Part shown: piece after piece, positions 54,156 through 64,000 of the stretch
Numbering within the stretch: the stretch's first letter is position 1
How the letters are laid out: each line of letters opens with the position of its first letter
From: Armatimonadota bacterium
GTDB lineage: Bacteria; Armatimonadota; UBA5829; DTLH01
Assembly (NCBI GenBank): GCA_038207085.1
Contig: JBBRAE010000005.1
Coordinates: forward strand, 64,001 to 128,000
Reading direction: 5' to 3'
DNA length: 64,000 bases
Position numbers and translations under genes: made by a program
Notes under the pieces: generated by a model
What the model was told of the DNA's origin: nothing
The model's database searches: none
The model's input: the letters and a program-made list of their open reading frames with translations, nothing else

Positions 54156-55007
54156 TTACGTTCCTATGTAAATAAGCATGTTGTCTATAAGTCTGGTTTT
54201 GCCGAACTTTACGGCAAGCGCGGCGAGTGCGCCGCCTTCGATTGTCTCAATCGGTTCGAGCGTCTCAGGGTGGACTACCGCCACATAGTCTATCACAGCC
54301 AAGTGTTCAGCCTCGATGCGATCTATCATCGCCTGGCGGATCGCCTCGGCGTCGGTCTCACCCGACCACGCCTGATCCCGAGCGTCCGAAAGCGCCTTGT
54401 AGAGCACGAGCGCGGCCTCCCTTTCCTCGGGGGACAGGTAGGCGTTGCGGCTCGACATCGCAAGTCCGCCATCTTCGCGCACGGTGGGAACCGGGACGAT
54501 CTCAAGCTTGACGTTCATGTCCCGAACCATCTTCTCGATGACTTTCAGCTGCTGGTAGTCCTTCATCCCAAAGTAGGCCTGGTTCGGCTCGACTGCGGCG
54601 AAGAGCTTCAGGACGATTGTCGCGACGCCTCTGAAATGCCCCGGACGAAACTCGCCTTCGAGCTTGTCTGTAAGCCCCTCAACATCCACAAACGTGCCGA
54701 AACCCTGGGGGTACATCACCTCGGGAGTCGGGGCGAAGATCATATCGACCTCAGCCGCGCGGCACTTCTCGATGTCGTCCTCAATCGGCCTCGGGTAACG
54801 TGTAAAGTCCTCCCCTGGGCCAAACTGCGTCGGGTTGACGAAGATGCTGACGACCACGAGGCCGTTTCGCTTCTTCGCCTCCCGGACGAGCGTGAGGTGC
54901 CCCTCGTGGAGCGCCCCCATCGTTGGGATAAGGCCGACGGTCTTGCCGTGTCGCTTTATCTGCGGGATCAGCATCCGCAGGTCTTCGATTGTCTCAACTA
55001 TTTGCAC
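54156..55007 (-). CDS. panC: Pantoate--beta-alanine ligase
   Basis: PTMGALHEGH, FVNPTQF, RPGHF, GLAMSSRN and RLIDN motifs. Confidence 0.97.
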   Translation of the reverse strand: MQIVETIEDLRMLIPQIKRHGKTVGLIPTMGALHEGHLTLVREAKKRNGLVVVSIFVNPTQFGPGEDFTRYPRPIEDDIEKCRAAEVDMIFAPTPEVMYPQGFGTFVDVEGLTDKLEGEFRPGHFRGVATIVLKLFAAVEPNQAYFGMKDYQQLKVIEKMVRDMNVKLEIVPVPTVREDGGLAMSSRNAYLSPEEREAALVLYKALSDARDQAWSGETDAEAIRQAMIDRIEAEHLAVIDYVAVVHPETLEPIETIEGGALAALAVKFGKTRLIDNMLIYIGT

Positions 55008-56314
55008 GTGTTAATCAACTCTTTGTAGTAGTAGTAACTGTCCTTGGGGATCCGCCGACAGTCGTTATCGTAGTCCGTATATATGATTCCAAAGCGCTTG
55101 GAGTAACCAAACGCCCACTCGAAGTTGTCTAAAAGCGACCAGGCGAAGTAGCCCTTGATCGGGAGCCCATCGTCAGCGGCGCGCTCAAGCTCTGCGTGGT
55201 AGCGCTTCAGGAACGAGACTCGCTCTTTGTCGTGGACGAGTCCGTCGTCTGCGATCTTGTCGTCGTAGGCCGCGCCGTTTTCGGCGATGAAAACCTTTTT
55301 CGGCGAGTAAATGCGCGAAAGGCGTTCGATGGCGGAGTAGATCGCCTTCGGTCTTACGGGCCAGCCCATGAATGTGACTTCGGTGCTCTCGTCGTTTGGA
55401 ACCTCAGTCTTATCGGCGCGGGTCAGCGCCGCTGAGTAGATGTTCAGTCCGATGAAATCGGTCGGGCTTGATATGATCTCCATGTCGCCGGGTTCGATGT
55501 CGGGCCGGGCGTCTTCAAGGTCGCTCCATGTTCCCTCGGGGTAGACGGCTTTGTACATTGGGTCGAGCCACCAGCCGTTATCTTTGATGTAACGGGCGTG
55601 TGCGGCGGCCTCGTCCTCGGGGGAGTCAGTTGCGGGCAGGAAGGTGAAAGTGTTAAGCACTATTCCCACCTCAACGCCCGGTGCGCCGTTTGCCCGAACT
55701 GCCTGCACTCCAAGCCCGTGGGCGAGCAGGAGGTGATGGATGACCTGAGCGATGACCTTGGGGCTCTCCTTGCGGCCCGGCGCGAAGTAGCCGGTGTTGT
55801 AGCCCAAGAACGCCGTGCACCAGGGCTCGTTCAGGGTGAACCAGTTCTCGACCTGGTCGGACAATGCCGAGACGACCGTGTTCGCATACTCACCAAAGAG
55901 CATCGGAATCTCGCGCGACGCCCACCCGCCCCGCTCTTCCAAGACCTGAGGCAGGTCCCAGTGGTAAAGCGTCGGGAACGGCTTGATCCCGGCTGTGAGG
56001 AGTTCGTCGTTAAGTCTTCTATAAAAGTCGAGCCCGGCCTGGTTCAGCTTGCCGCCGCCTTCGGGAAAGATGCGCGGCCAGGCGACCGAGTAGCGATAGT
56101 ACTCTATCCCAAGCTCTTTCATAAGCTGCACATCTTCTTTGTATTTATGATAATGGTCGCACGCGACGTCGCCGGTGTGGCCTTCGAACACGCATCCCTC
56201 TGTGCGGCAGAAGCGGTCCCAGTTGGCCTCACCGCGCCCGTCTTCCCACGCGCCGCCTTCGATTTGATAGGACGCCGTGGCAGCGCCCCAGATAAAGTCT
56301 TTCGGAAATGGCAT
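54998..56314 (-). CDS. GH1 beta-glucosidase
   Basis: WGAATASYQIEG, TLNEP, IAENG and WSLLDNFEW motifs. Confidence 0.96.
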   Translation of the reverse strand: MPFPKDFIWGAATASYQIEGGAWEDGRGEANWDRFCRTEGCVFEGHTGDVACDHYHKYKEDVQLMKELGIEYYRYSVAWPRIFPEGGGKLNQAGLDFYRRLNDELLTAGIKPFPTLYHWDLPQVLEERGGWASREIPMLFGEYANTVVSALSDQVENWFTLNEPWCTAFLGYNTGYFAPGRKESPKVIAQVIHHLLLAHGLGVQAVRANGAPGVEVGIVLNTFTFLPATDSPEDEAAAHARYIKDNGWWLDPMYKAVYPEGTWSDLEDARPDIEPGDMEIISSPTDFIGLNIYSAALTRADKTEVPNDESTEVTFMGWPVRPKAIYSAIERLSRIYSPKKVFIAENGAAYDDKIADDGLVHDKERVSFLKRYHAELERAADDGLPIKGYFAWSLLDNFEWAFGYSKRFGIIYTDYDNDCRRIPKDSYYYYKELINTCK

Positions 56315-56325
56315 TTTCTTACTCC

Positions 56326-56406
56326 TTAGCCCGCTTTATTCGTGAAGCGAATAAAGCTTTCGCTAACAGAGCATTATTCACGCTACTCGTGAATAATGCC
56401 GGTTAG
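56326..56406. repeat. Dispersed double-hairpin element, family C, copy 2
   Basis: Reverse complement of 23795-23875, with changes concentrated in loops and unpaired positions. Confidence 0.85.
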
Positions 56407-56413
56407 CTCTGAG

Positions 56414-57880
56414 TCATTTCTTCTTCTGCTCCGGAACGATCTTCGGCAGCTCCAGCGGCATTCGCAGGTCAAGCGGAGAGAGCGTTTCGATCGCTTTTGA
56501 CCAGCCGTCTGAAGATTTTTCTACCCGCTTTGCCGTGTCCTCGCTGTAGAGCGTTACGGCCTCTATGTTGGTCTTGGCCTTCTTCGCGTCGCCTGTGACA
56601 GTGTAGGCCTGGGCGAGGACCAGATATGGGAGATAACCCTTGTATTTGGCGTCGATGGCCTTCTCGGCTGCGTCTATCGCGGCTTTTTGGTCGCCGAGAC
56701 GAAGCTTTGCGAGCGACAGGCGGACCTGGGCTTCGGCGTAATTGGGCTGGGCCTTGGTGACCTTTTCAAAGTCTGCGGCGGCAGCCTTGTAGTCGCCCTG
56801 GAAGTAACGCATTGTCCCGGTTCCAGTATCGGCAAGCCACTGGGCGACCTTGGCGAGGTCGCGGTAGTCTTTTTCGGCCCTGGCATAGTCACCCGATGCG
56901 GCAAGCGCGTGGGCTCGGTACATTTTCACTATCTGCTCGCCCGGGTAGTGCGCGAGGTACTCGTCGAACCGGCGCGCGGCAAGCGCGGGGTCGGGCCGGC
57001 CGTCGCGCTCGTAGGCCTGGAAACCCTGGTCGACGGGGGTGATCGGGTCATGGGCAAGCGTCCAGCTGGTGAAGAGGCTCATTCCGATGACACCGGCAAC
57101 CGCGAGCACCACGAATACGCCACGAAGCGAGGGGAACTCGCCACGAGTGATCTTGGGCCAGAAGGCGGCAGCGCCGATGAGCGCGAGCACGGCCATCCAA
57201 GCGCCAGCGATGTTCACAGGCACAAACGTCGCCTGCAGGATGATCTCAGACGGGATGCTGGGGTGGCTCATCTGCACGTAGGTCTGCCCGGCCTTTAGCG
57301 CGATGATGTTCGGCGCAAACGGGGAGATTCCAGCCGTCACAAGCACCGCTAGGACGTAGGTCGCCGCCGTGTTCATCGGGGTCAGCTTGTGGACGTGGCG
57401 CAGGCCCATTATCGCGATCACTGCACCAAGGAGCGGCCCCGAAATCGCGATCGGCCCAGCCTTGGGGAGGAACCCAATAAGCAGAAAGATCAGCACTATA
57501 ACGTTAGACCATCCAAGCACCGTCAATGTATCGACAAACGAGCCTTCGGAGCGGGCGAACTTAACCGCCATCCACTGAAAGAGCATCGCCGTAAGCGTGA
57601 CCGTGCCAATCGCCGTCACCATGTTGCTCGTCCCAAGCGTGAAACCGGCGTCGAGCGGGCTGGAACTGCGCATCAGGAGAGCGGCGACCATATACGCGAG
57701 GCCGAGAAGCGCAGTCACCAGCAGGCCCGAACCGAGCATTCTGCGGCGGGTGAGCTCCAGAAACGCGTGTTTCGGCGCGTAGATGGTGCCGAGCGCGAGC
57801 TGCCAGACGGGCGAATCGACCGTTTGGACCTCTACCGGCTCCGGTGTCTGAATTTCTTCGGGTTTCTTCTTTTTGCTCAA
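56414..57880 (-). CDS. Membrane protein with Yip1-like N-terminus and C-terminal TPRs
   Basis: 'TIYAPKHAFLEL' plus multiple TM helices, then TPR units; TTG start just after the aroF stop. Confidence 0.75.
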   Translation of the reverse strand: MSKKKKPEEIQTPEPVEVQTVDSPVWQLALGTIYAPKHAFLELTRRRMLGSGLLVTALLGLAYMVAALLMRSSSPLDAGFTLGTSNMVTAIGTVTLTAMLFQWMAVKFARSEGSFVDTLTVLGWSNVIVLIFLLIGFLPKAGPIAISGPLLGAVIAIMGLRHVHKLTPMNTAATYVLAVLVTAGISPFAPNIIALKAGQTYVQMSHPSIPSEIILQATFVPVNIAGAWMAVLALIGAAAFWPKITRGEFPSLRGVFVVLAVAGVIGMSLFTSWTLAHDPITPVDQGFQAYERDGRPDPALAARRFDEYLAHYPGEQIVKMYRAHALAASGDYARAEKDYRDLAKVAQWLADTGTGTMRYFQGDYKAAAADFEKVTKAQPNYAEAQVRLSLAKLRLGDQKAAIDAAEKAIDAKYKGYLPYLVLAQAYTVTGDAKKAKTNIEAVTLYSEDTAKRVEKSSDGWSKAIETLSPLDLRMPLELPKIVPEQKKK

Positions 57881-57882
57881 AA

Positions 57883-58905
57883 CTAGGCCTTCCTGTCTAC
57901 TGCTTCGGCGATGCGGCCGATCTGGGTCATCAGCTCGGCGAACTTGCCGGGCTTCAGTGACTGCGGGCCGTCGCTCATAGCATGTGCGGGGTCGTTGTGG
58001 ACCTCGATCAACAGACCGTCGGCTCCGGCGGCGATTGCGGCGCGGGCTATCGCCCCAACATATCTCCAGTCGCCGGTCGCGTGGCTTGGATCGACGACGA
58101 CGGGCAGGTGCGTCCACTGCTTGAGGACGGGGATCGCGTTGATGTCTGTAGTGTTGCGGCAGGAGTCTTCAAAAGTGGTGATTCCACGCTCGCAGAGAAT
58201 GACGTCGGCGTTTCCTTCAGCCATGATATACTCAGCCGACATCAGCAGGTCACGGACCTTGCTTCCCAAGCCTCGCTTCAGGACGACGGGCTTTCCGGCG
58301 GCCCCGACGCGCTTCAGGAGCGCATAGTTCTGCATATTTCGCGTGCCGATCTGCAGCACGTCGGCGTAACTTGCGACGAGATCGACTTCGTGGGTATCCA
58401 TAACTTCGGTGACGATCGGCAGGCCGGTCTTCTCTCGCACCTTGGCAAGGATCTTTAGTCCCTCCTCGCCGAGCCCCTGAAATGCGTAGGGCGAAGTGCG
58501 GGGTTTGAACGCTCCTCCCCGGAACAGGTCTGCGCCGGCGGGCTTCACTTCTTCCGCGATCGCTATGGTCTGCGCCTCAGCCTCGACGCTGCAAGGGCCT
58601 GCGGCTACGACGATCTTTTTTCCGCCGATTTCAACGTCCCCGACGCGCACCACGCTGTTTTCGGGGTGATAGGACCGCGACGCAAGCTTCCAAAGCTCGG
58701 AAATGAGTTCGACACGGGAAACCCCGCGCATCGTCGCAAAGTGCTCGACGAGGTCCGCCTTGCGCACGTCCACTTCGCCCAGCACCGCGATGACTTTGCG
58801 CTCGACACCGGGATTAATAAACGGCCGAAGGCCAATTCGCTCGATTTCCTGCTCAACTTCGCGCACTTCTTCAGGCGCGGCATGGAGGTCCATGATAATA
58901 ATCAA
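57883..58905 (-). CDS. aroF: 3-deoxy-7-phosphoheptulonate (DAHP) synthase, type I-beta
   Basis: [28 protein letters not shown] and DPSH motifs; TTG start with AAGGAG RBS. Confidence 0.95.
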   Translation of the reverse strand: MIIIMDLHAAPEEVREVEQEIERIGLRPFINPGVERKVIAVLGEVDVRKADLVEHFATMRGVSRVELISELWKLASRSYHPENSVVRVGDVEIGGKKIVVAAGPCSVEAEAQTIAIAEEVKPAGADLFRGGAFKPRTSPYAFQGLGEEGLKILAKVREKTGLPIVTEVMDTHEVDLVASYADVLQIGTRNMQNYALLKRVGAAGKPVVLKRGLGSKVRDLLMSAEYIMAEGNADVILCERGITTFEDSCRNTTDINAIPVLKQWTHLPVVVDPSHATGDWRYVGAIARAAIAAGADGLLIEVHNDPAHAMSDGPQSLKPGKFAELMTQIGRIAEAVDRKA

Positions 58906-59210
58906 CTGCGTCGCTCCTTCGTAAACGGCGTTTTTCGCCATTTGCGTTCCCGTACTCTGTATAACCGAATGCAATTATATCATAGGTAAGAGGGAACAGG
59001 TAACTCGGCATGAAAACCGACCGTTACGGGAAAGCTAACAGCTGATCGCCAAAGGCCCCAGGAAGGAGCTTTGCCCACCTGTGGGGAAGGTGTTAATGTC
59101 ACTTTGGAGGAGTAGAGCTCCGACTCCGACGTTGATGTCACCGGTATGAACCACCTAAGATCATCCAATTCACCCGGCGGTCATATTTCTGACTAATTCG
59201 ATTAATGTGC

Positions 59211-59239
59211 TTGCAAATTTTGCTCGGAAATGGTATTCT
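59211..59239 (+). promoter_or_regulatory. Sigma-70-type promoter
   Basis: TTGCAA-N17-TATTCT with extended -10 TG. Confidence 0.55.
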
Positions 59240-59310
59240 CATTAAGCGCTGTACCGGCAATTGTGGGCCGGCAGTTTGTTGCTCAGTATGAGAGAAGGAG
59301 CGAAGTTGTA

Positions 59311-61113
59311 ATGCTGCAAAAAGACCCAAAAACGGGATTGCTGAAAGAGTATACGAGATACGAAGTCGAGCACGCGGACAAACCGGATCTGCTGCGCGAT
59401 CTCTTCCCTTATACGGAAGTGCCGCGGACGGTCTTTGACGGGACTACCGTGCCGATGGAGCCTGCAAAAGAGTTCTTCATTACGGACACTACGTTCCGAG
59501 ACGGCCAGCAGGCAAGGCCTCCTTACACCGTCGACCAGATCGTCGACCTCTATGACATGCTCCACAGGCTGGGCGGGCCAAACGGCATCATCCGGGCAAG
59601 TGAGTTCTTCCTTTACACCGACAAGGACAAAGACGCGGTTCGCAAGTGTCTGGAGCGAGGCTATAAGTTCCCTGAGGTCACGGGGTGGATCCGCGCGACC
59701 AAGGGAGACTTCCAGCTCGTCAAGAACATGGGGCTCCAGGAGACTGGTATTCTCACGTCCGCATCGGACTATCACATATTTAACAAGCTAAAGAAGACAC
59801 GCGAACAGGCGATGGAGGGCTACCTCGACCTCGTGCGCACCGCGCTTGAGTCGGGACTGCGCTCCGTGCGCTGCCACCTCGAAGATATCACCCGCGCGGA
59901 CTTCTACGGGTTCATTATCCCCTTTGTCCAGAAGCTGATGGATATCGCTCACGAGTCGCAGAAGATGGTCAAGATCAGGCTCTGCGACACGATGGGCTAC
60001 GGCCTGCCCTACGCTGAGGCGTCTGTCCCGCGCGGCGTGCCGAAGATGATCCACGCGATGATCCACGAGGCCGGAGTCCCCGGCGAATGGCTGGAGTGGC
60101 ACGGGCACAACGATTTTCACAAGGTGCTCATAAACGCCCAGGCCGCGTGGCTTTACGGCTGCGCCAACGCAAACGGGACGCTCCTCGGGTTCGGCGAACG
60201 CACCGGCAACCCGCCGATTGAGGGCCTCTGCATCGAGTACGCCGGACTTATGGGAAGCACAAACGGGATGGACCTTTCGGTCATCACCGATATCGGCGAG
60301 TACTTCAAGAAGGTCATCAAGGCCGAGGTGCCGTCGGCTTATCCGTTTGTCGGAGACAACTTCAACACCACAAGCGCGGGGATTCACGCCGACGGCGTTA
60401 TGAAGGACGAAGAGATATACAACATCTTCGACACAACTGCCATCTTGAAGCGCCCGATCGGAGTCAACGTGACCGACAAGTCGGGGCTTGCGGGTGTTGC
60501 CCACTGGGTCAACAGCAACCTCGGCCTCAAAGGCGAGAATATGGTCGACAAGAAGCATCACGGGCTGCAGTCGATCCAGGACTGGGTCGAGGAGCAGTAC
60601 GCGCTGGGGCGCGTCACGAGCATTTCGAACGAAGAGATGCTTCACCAGGCGCGTGTCTTCCTGCCCGACTACTTCAAGAGCGAGTTTGACGTGCTAAAAG
60701 AGAAGGCGGAGTGCATAAGCACTCAGGTCGTCTTCGACCTGCTCGCCGACGCCGACGTGCGCACGCTCGACCCACTGCGCGCTGAGCCGGTGCTTGAGCG
60801 AGTCGTAAACGAGTTCAGGTTCATCCAGTTCGCCTACCTCACCGACAGCACGGGCAAAAAGGTGACTAAGAACATCACTCACCCCGAGGACCAGGCGAAG
60901 TATGATACGTCGATGACCGACGAGGACTTCTCCAACCGCGACTGGTTCCGGGCCGCGATGAACAACGACCGCGTCTACGTGACCGACTTCTACAAGTCCA
61001 AGATCACCGGCGCGCTCTGCATCACGGTCTCCGCCCCGATCAAAGAGGCCGGACGGACCAAGGGCGTCCTCGGAGTCGACCTGCAGTTCGAGGAACTGGC
61101 GAGAATACAGTAA
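59311..61113 (+). CDS. Re-citrate synthase-like DRE-TIM metallolyase with C-terminal Cache/PDC-like domain
   Basis: TDTTFRDGQQ, HLEDITRAD, EWHGHNDF and GERTGN motifs; C-terminal DFSNRDWF...YKSKITGALCITVSAPI...GVLGVDL. Confidence 0.85.
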   Translation: MLQKDPKTGLLKEYTRYEVEHADKPDLLRDLFPYTEVPRTVFDGTTVPMEPAKEFFITDTTFRDGQQARPPYTVDQIVDLYDMLHRLGGPNGIIRASEFFLYTDKDKDAVRKCLERGYKFPEVTGWIRATKGDFQLVKNMGLQETGILTSASDYHIFNKLKKTREQAMEGYLDLVRTALESGLRSVRCHLEDITRADFYGFIIPFVQKLMDIAHESQKMVKIRLCDTMGYGLPYAEASVPRGVPKMIHAMIHEAGVPGEWLEWHGHNDFHKVLINAQAAWLYGCANANGTLLGFGERTGNPPIEGLCIEYAGLMGSTNGMDLSVITDIGEYFKKVIKAEVPSAYPFVGDNFNTTSAGIHADGVMKDEEIYNIFDTTAILKRPIGVNVTDKSGLAGVAHWVNSNLGLKGENMVDKKHHGLQSIQDWVEEQYALGRVTSISNEEMLHQARVFLPDYFKSEFDVLKEKAECISTQVVFDLLADADVRTLDPLRAEPVLERVVNEFRFIQFAYLTDSTGKKVTKNITHPEDQAKYDTSMTDEDFSNRDWFRAAMNNDRVYVTDFYKSKITGALCITVSAPIKEAGRTKGVLGVDLQFEELARIQ

Positions 61114-61147
61114 GAAGCTGTTAGCTTTTAGCAGTTAGCAATCAGGC

Positions 61148-61182
61148 GGGCGGCGATCATGTTGGATCGCCGCCCGTTTTTT
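61148..61182 (+). terminator. Intrinsic terminator
   Basis: GGGCGGCGATC-ATGTTG-GATCGCCGCCC followed by GTTTTTT. Confidence 0.85.
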
Positions 61183-61321
61183 GGTTGTTCTTGTATGATG
61201 TGGACAACACCGGCAGAAAATACTATCATAGTAAAAGTTGGGGCACTAAGTTTTACTATCACAATGGTGTAGTAAAATACTTTTACTTACAGAGAACGTA
61301 CGATAGCGAGGTAGCCGGCAA

Positions 61322-62495
61322 ATGCAAAGAGGATTACAAGGACAATTTTTTCCAGTTAGTCTCAGCGGGATAGGCGAGTCTTACACTGGCGTTTATCCCA
61401 GATGACCTTCCACCCTCTCCATTGCTTATTCTTGATGAGGAGCTGAATGACCTGTTGGAGCAAGCTAACCGAGCTATTGGGCGGCTCGACGGCATAGCGA
61501 TGCTTCTGCCGGATGTGACGTTGTTTCTTTATTTCTACATTCGCAAGGAAGCTGTGCTCTCCTCACAGATTGAGGGCACACAATCGTCGCTTTCAGATCT
61601 GCTCCTTTTCGAAAGCAAGGATATGCCTGGGGTGCCTATGGACGACGTCCAGGAGGTTTCCAACTACGTCGCCGCCATCAACTCCGGACTCGCTGCCCTG
61701 GAAAGCGGAGACCTTCTTACCATGCGCTTGATCAAGCGAATACACTCGGTATTGCTGAACGAGGGGCGAGGAAGTGAGAAGAGCCCCGGCGAGTTCCGAA
61801 GGTCGCAGAACTGGATACACGGTGCCAATCCCGGGGACGCTCTGTTCGTGCCGCCTCCATATTCTGAAGTTGACCGGCTCATGGCGCAACTTGAGCGCTT
61901 CATAAATGATGTGCCGGAACGGACTCCCACGCTAATAAAGGCGGCCCTTGCACATGTACAGTTTGAGACAATACATGCATTTCTCGACGGCAACGGCAGG
62001 CTCGGGCGACTGCTGATCACACTGATTCTCTGCAGCGAAAAGGCGCTCGAAAGGCCGTTGCTCTACCTTAGTCTGTATTTCAAGGCCAACAGGGAGAAGT
62101 ATTACGAACTCCTGCAAGAAACGCGGACATCCGGTGACTGGGAAGCGTGGCTCAGGTTCTTTCTCCGGGGAGTAAGAGACACGGCAGACCAGGCGGTATC
62201 AGCTGCTCGGCGCATACTCCGCATGTTCGACGAGGATCATCAAAGAATAGAAATGCTGGGAAAAGCAGCTAATTCGGCACTTAGGGTGCATCGTGTTCTG
62301 CAGCGCACTCCGCTGATTTCAGTGCCGCACGCAGCCATTTCCGCAGGTGTGACCAAACCCACGGCTGAAAGTGCAGTGAGGCGACTGACAGAACTGGGAA
62401 TTGTTCGTCAAGTCACACAACGCAAGAAAGATAGGTTGTTCGCTTATGATGCGTACCTTGCTATTCTAAATGAAGGTACCGAGCCCATCAGATGA
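61322..62495 (+). pseudogene. Fic family protein (Fic_N + Fic + HTH) with an apparent frameshift near 61385
   Basis: EAVLSSQIEG and HAFLDGNGRLGR motifs; the N-terminus MQRGLQGQ... at 61322 is out of frame with LAFIPDDLPP at 61386. Confidence 0.75.
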
Positions 62496-62590
62496 TGCGT
62501 TTGCCTAGTCCAAATCTTCTTGCTCTAGCCCCGGTTTATCGGTTATAATACTTTGACTAGAAAACGATTGTTCGGATGTGGAGGCTGATT

Positions 62591-63838
62591 TTGCGCGCCG
62601 AGGTTATTTCGGTTGGAACTGAGCTGCTTTTGGGGCAGATTGTGGATACCGATGCGGCGTACATTTCGCGGCTACTTCCCGATTTCGGGATCGATATGCA
62701 CTTCCGAAGCACCGTCGGAGACAACTTCGGCAGGGTCGTTGAGGCGATAAGGCTTGCGCTTTCTCGCGCTGACATCGTTTTTACCATAGGTGGGCTTGGG
62801 CCTACTGAGGACGATCTTACCAAAGAGGCTGTCGCTGAGGCGATTGGAGTCGAGCTTGAGCTTGATGAGCCGTCCGCCGAGCATATCAGGGGGTTTTTCG
62901 CCGCACGGGGAATCCCGATGCCGGAGCGGAACCTGAAACAGGCGATGAAGCCCAAAGAAGGCCGCGCACTTCCCAATCCCGTCGGGACCGCGCCGGGGTC
63001 CGTCTTTGAGAAGGGTGGCAAGGTCGTCATCACGCTTCCGGGGCCGCCAAACGAGTTCACGGAGATGGTCGAGCATGGGGTGCTCCCGTATCTGCGCGAG
63101 ATGGTCGGTGAAGCGCCCGCGCTTATAAGATCGAAGAATTTGAAGATTGTTGGGCTTGGTGAGTCGTCGGTCGAAGAGATCGTGCGCGATCTGGTTCACG
63201 GAACCAACCCATCGGTTGCGCCGTATGCGAGCCCGGGCGAGGTGAGGCTCAGGATCACCGCCAAATCGGAAGATGATGAGCAGGCCTGGGAGATGATCGC
63301 CGGGGTCGAACGTGAGATCCGCGCGAGGCTCGGCGACAGGGTGTTCGGAGTCGACGAAGAGACGCTTGAAAGCGTCGTCGTCGGGATGATGGCCGAGCGT
63401 GGAGTGACCCTCGGGATCGCCGAATCGTGCACGGGCGGGCTTCTCGGACACAGAATTACCAACGTTCCCGGCAGCTCTGAAGTTTTTCTCGCCGGAATTG
63501 TCAGTTATAGCAACGATTCGAAGGTAAAGCTCCTCGGTGTGCCGAAGGAGTTAATTGAGCGCTGTGGCGCAGTCAGCCGCGAAGTGGCCGAAGAGATGGC
63601 CCGCGGCGTGCGCGAGGCAAGCGGTGCTCGTATTGGTATGGGGATAACAGGAATCGCCGGGCCGGGTGGTGGCACTGCCACAAAACCAGTCGGGCTTGTG
63701 TATATTGCTCTCAGCACGGAAGCTGATACGCTTTCCGAAGAAAACCGATTCGTCGGCAATCGCGCCGACGTCAAAGCGCGTAGCGCCCAGTCCGCGCTGG
63801 TTATGCTGAGGCAGCACCTCCTCGATCTCCCCCTATAA
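62591..63838 (+). CDS. cinA: Competence/damage-inducible protein A (MocF + PncC)
   Basis: GTELLLGQIVDT, GGLGPTEDD, AESCTGG and TGIAGPGG motifs. Confidence 0.96.
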   Translation: MRAEVISVGTELLLGQIVDTDAAYISRLLPDFGIDMHFRSTVGDNFGRVVEAIRLALSRADIVFTIGGLGPTEDDLTKEAVAEAIGVELELDEPSAEHIRGFFAARGIPMPERNLKQAMKPKEGRALPNPVGTAPGSVFEKGGKVVITLPGPPNEFTEMVEHGVLPYLREMVGEAPALIRSKNLKIVGLGESSVEEIVRDLVHGTNPSVAPYASPGEVRLRITAKSEDDEQAWEMIAGVEREIRARLGDRVFGVDEETLESVVVGMMAERGVTLGIAESCTGGLLGHRITNVPGSSEVFLAGIVSYSNDSKVKLLGVPKELIERCGAVSREVAEEMARGVREASGARIGMGITGIAGPGGGTATKPVGLVYIALSTEADTLSEENRFVGNRADVKARSAQSALVMLRQHLLDLPL

Positions 63839-63855
63839 ATAAACTCACGGGTCGT

Positions 63856-64000
63856 ATGAAATTGAGCGACGTTTTACGCACATTTGTGGCCGTCTTGATT
63901 CCAAGTGAACTTAAGCGTACAATAGCTGTGGTTCAAAAAGATTTAAAGAAGGCGGCGCCCGGCATCAAATGGGTGGAGCCTGAGAACTTCCATATCACAT
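63856..64000 (+). CDS. thpR: RNA 2',3'-cyclic phosphodiesterase (2'-5' RNA ligase), partial
   Basis: MKLSDVLRTFVAV...KWVEPENFHIT (first HxT motif); follows cinA and runs off the window. Confidence 0.85.
   Translation, partial: MKLSDVLRTFVAVLIPSELKRTIAVVQKDLKKAAPGIKWVEPENFHIT

Overview
GC-rich bacterial chromosomal segment made up mostly of housekeeping and accessory metabolic genes; protein style loosely suggests Armatimonadota (inference only). It contains secDF-recJ-rel-dtd, ricT/yaaT-metG-malic enzyme, an ECF sigma/anti-sigma/HtrA module, lysC, a GGDEF/HD-GYP sensor, ftsH, a CoA-disulfide reductase-rhodanese-TusA-DsrE fusion with an ArsR regulator, a DEAD-box helicase, ppk2, ligA, ychF, panC, a GH1 glucosidase, aroF, a Re-citrate-synthase-like enzyme, cinA and a partial thpR. 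Two type II toxin-antitoxin pairs (VapBC; GNAT-DUF1778) are present. I found no rRNA, tRNA, CRISPR array or prophage. The most notable layer is non-coding. A RAYT (HUH/Y1) transposase is bracketed by two near-identical 134-bp direct repeats, each an inverted REP doublet (REPIN). A third, covarying REPIN of the same family sits inside a 19-bp perfect inverted repeat resembling IS5-family ends. At least three further dispersed hairpin-doublet families and 7-bp tandem repeats occupy intergenic spaces. Also seen: a promoter-to-terminator unit with no sizeable ORF (candidate sRNA), a perfect sigma-54 promoter, an internal RBS/start for an aspartokinase beta subunit, and three disrupted genes (LVIVD protein with an in-frame TGA, SDR remnant, frameshifted Fic).
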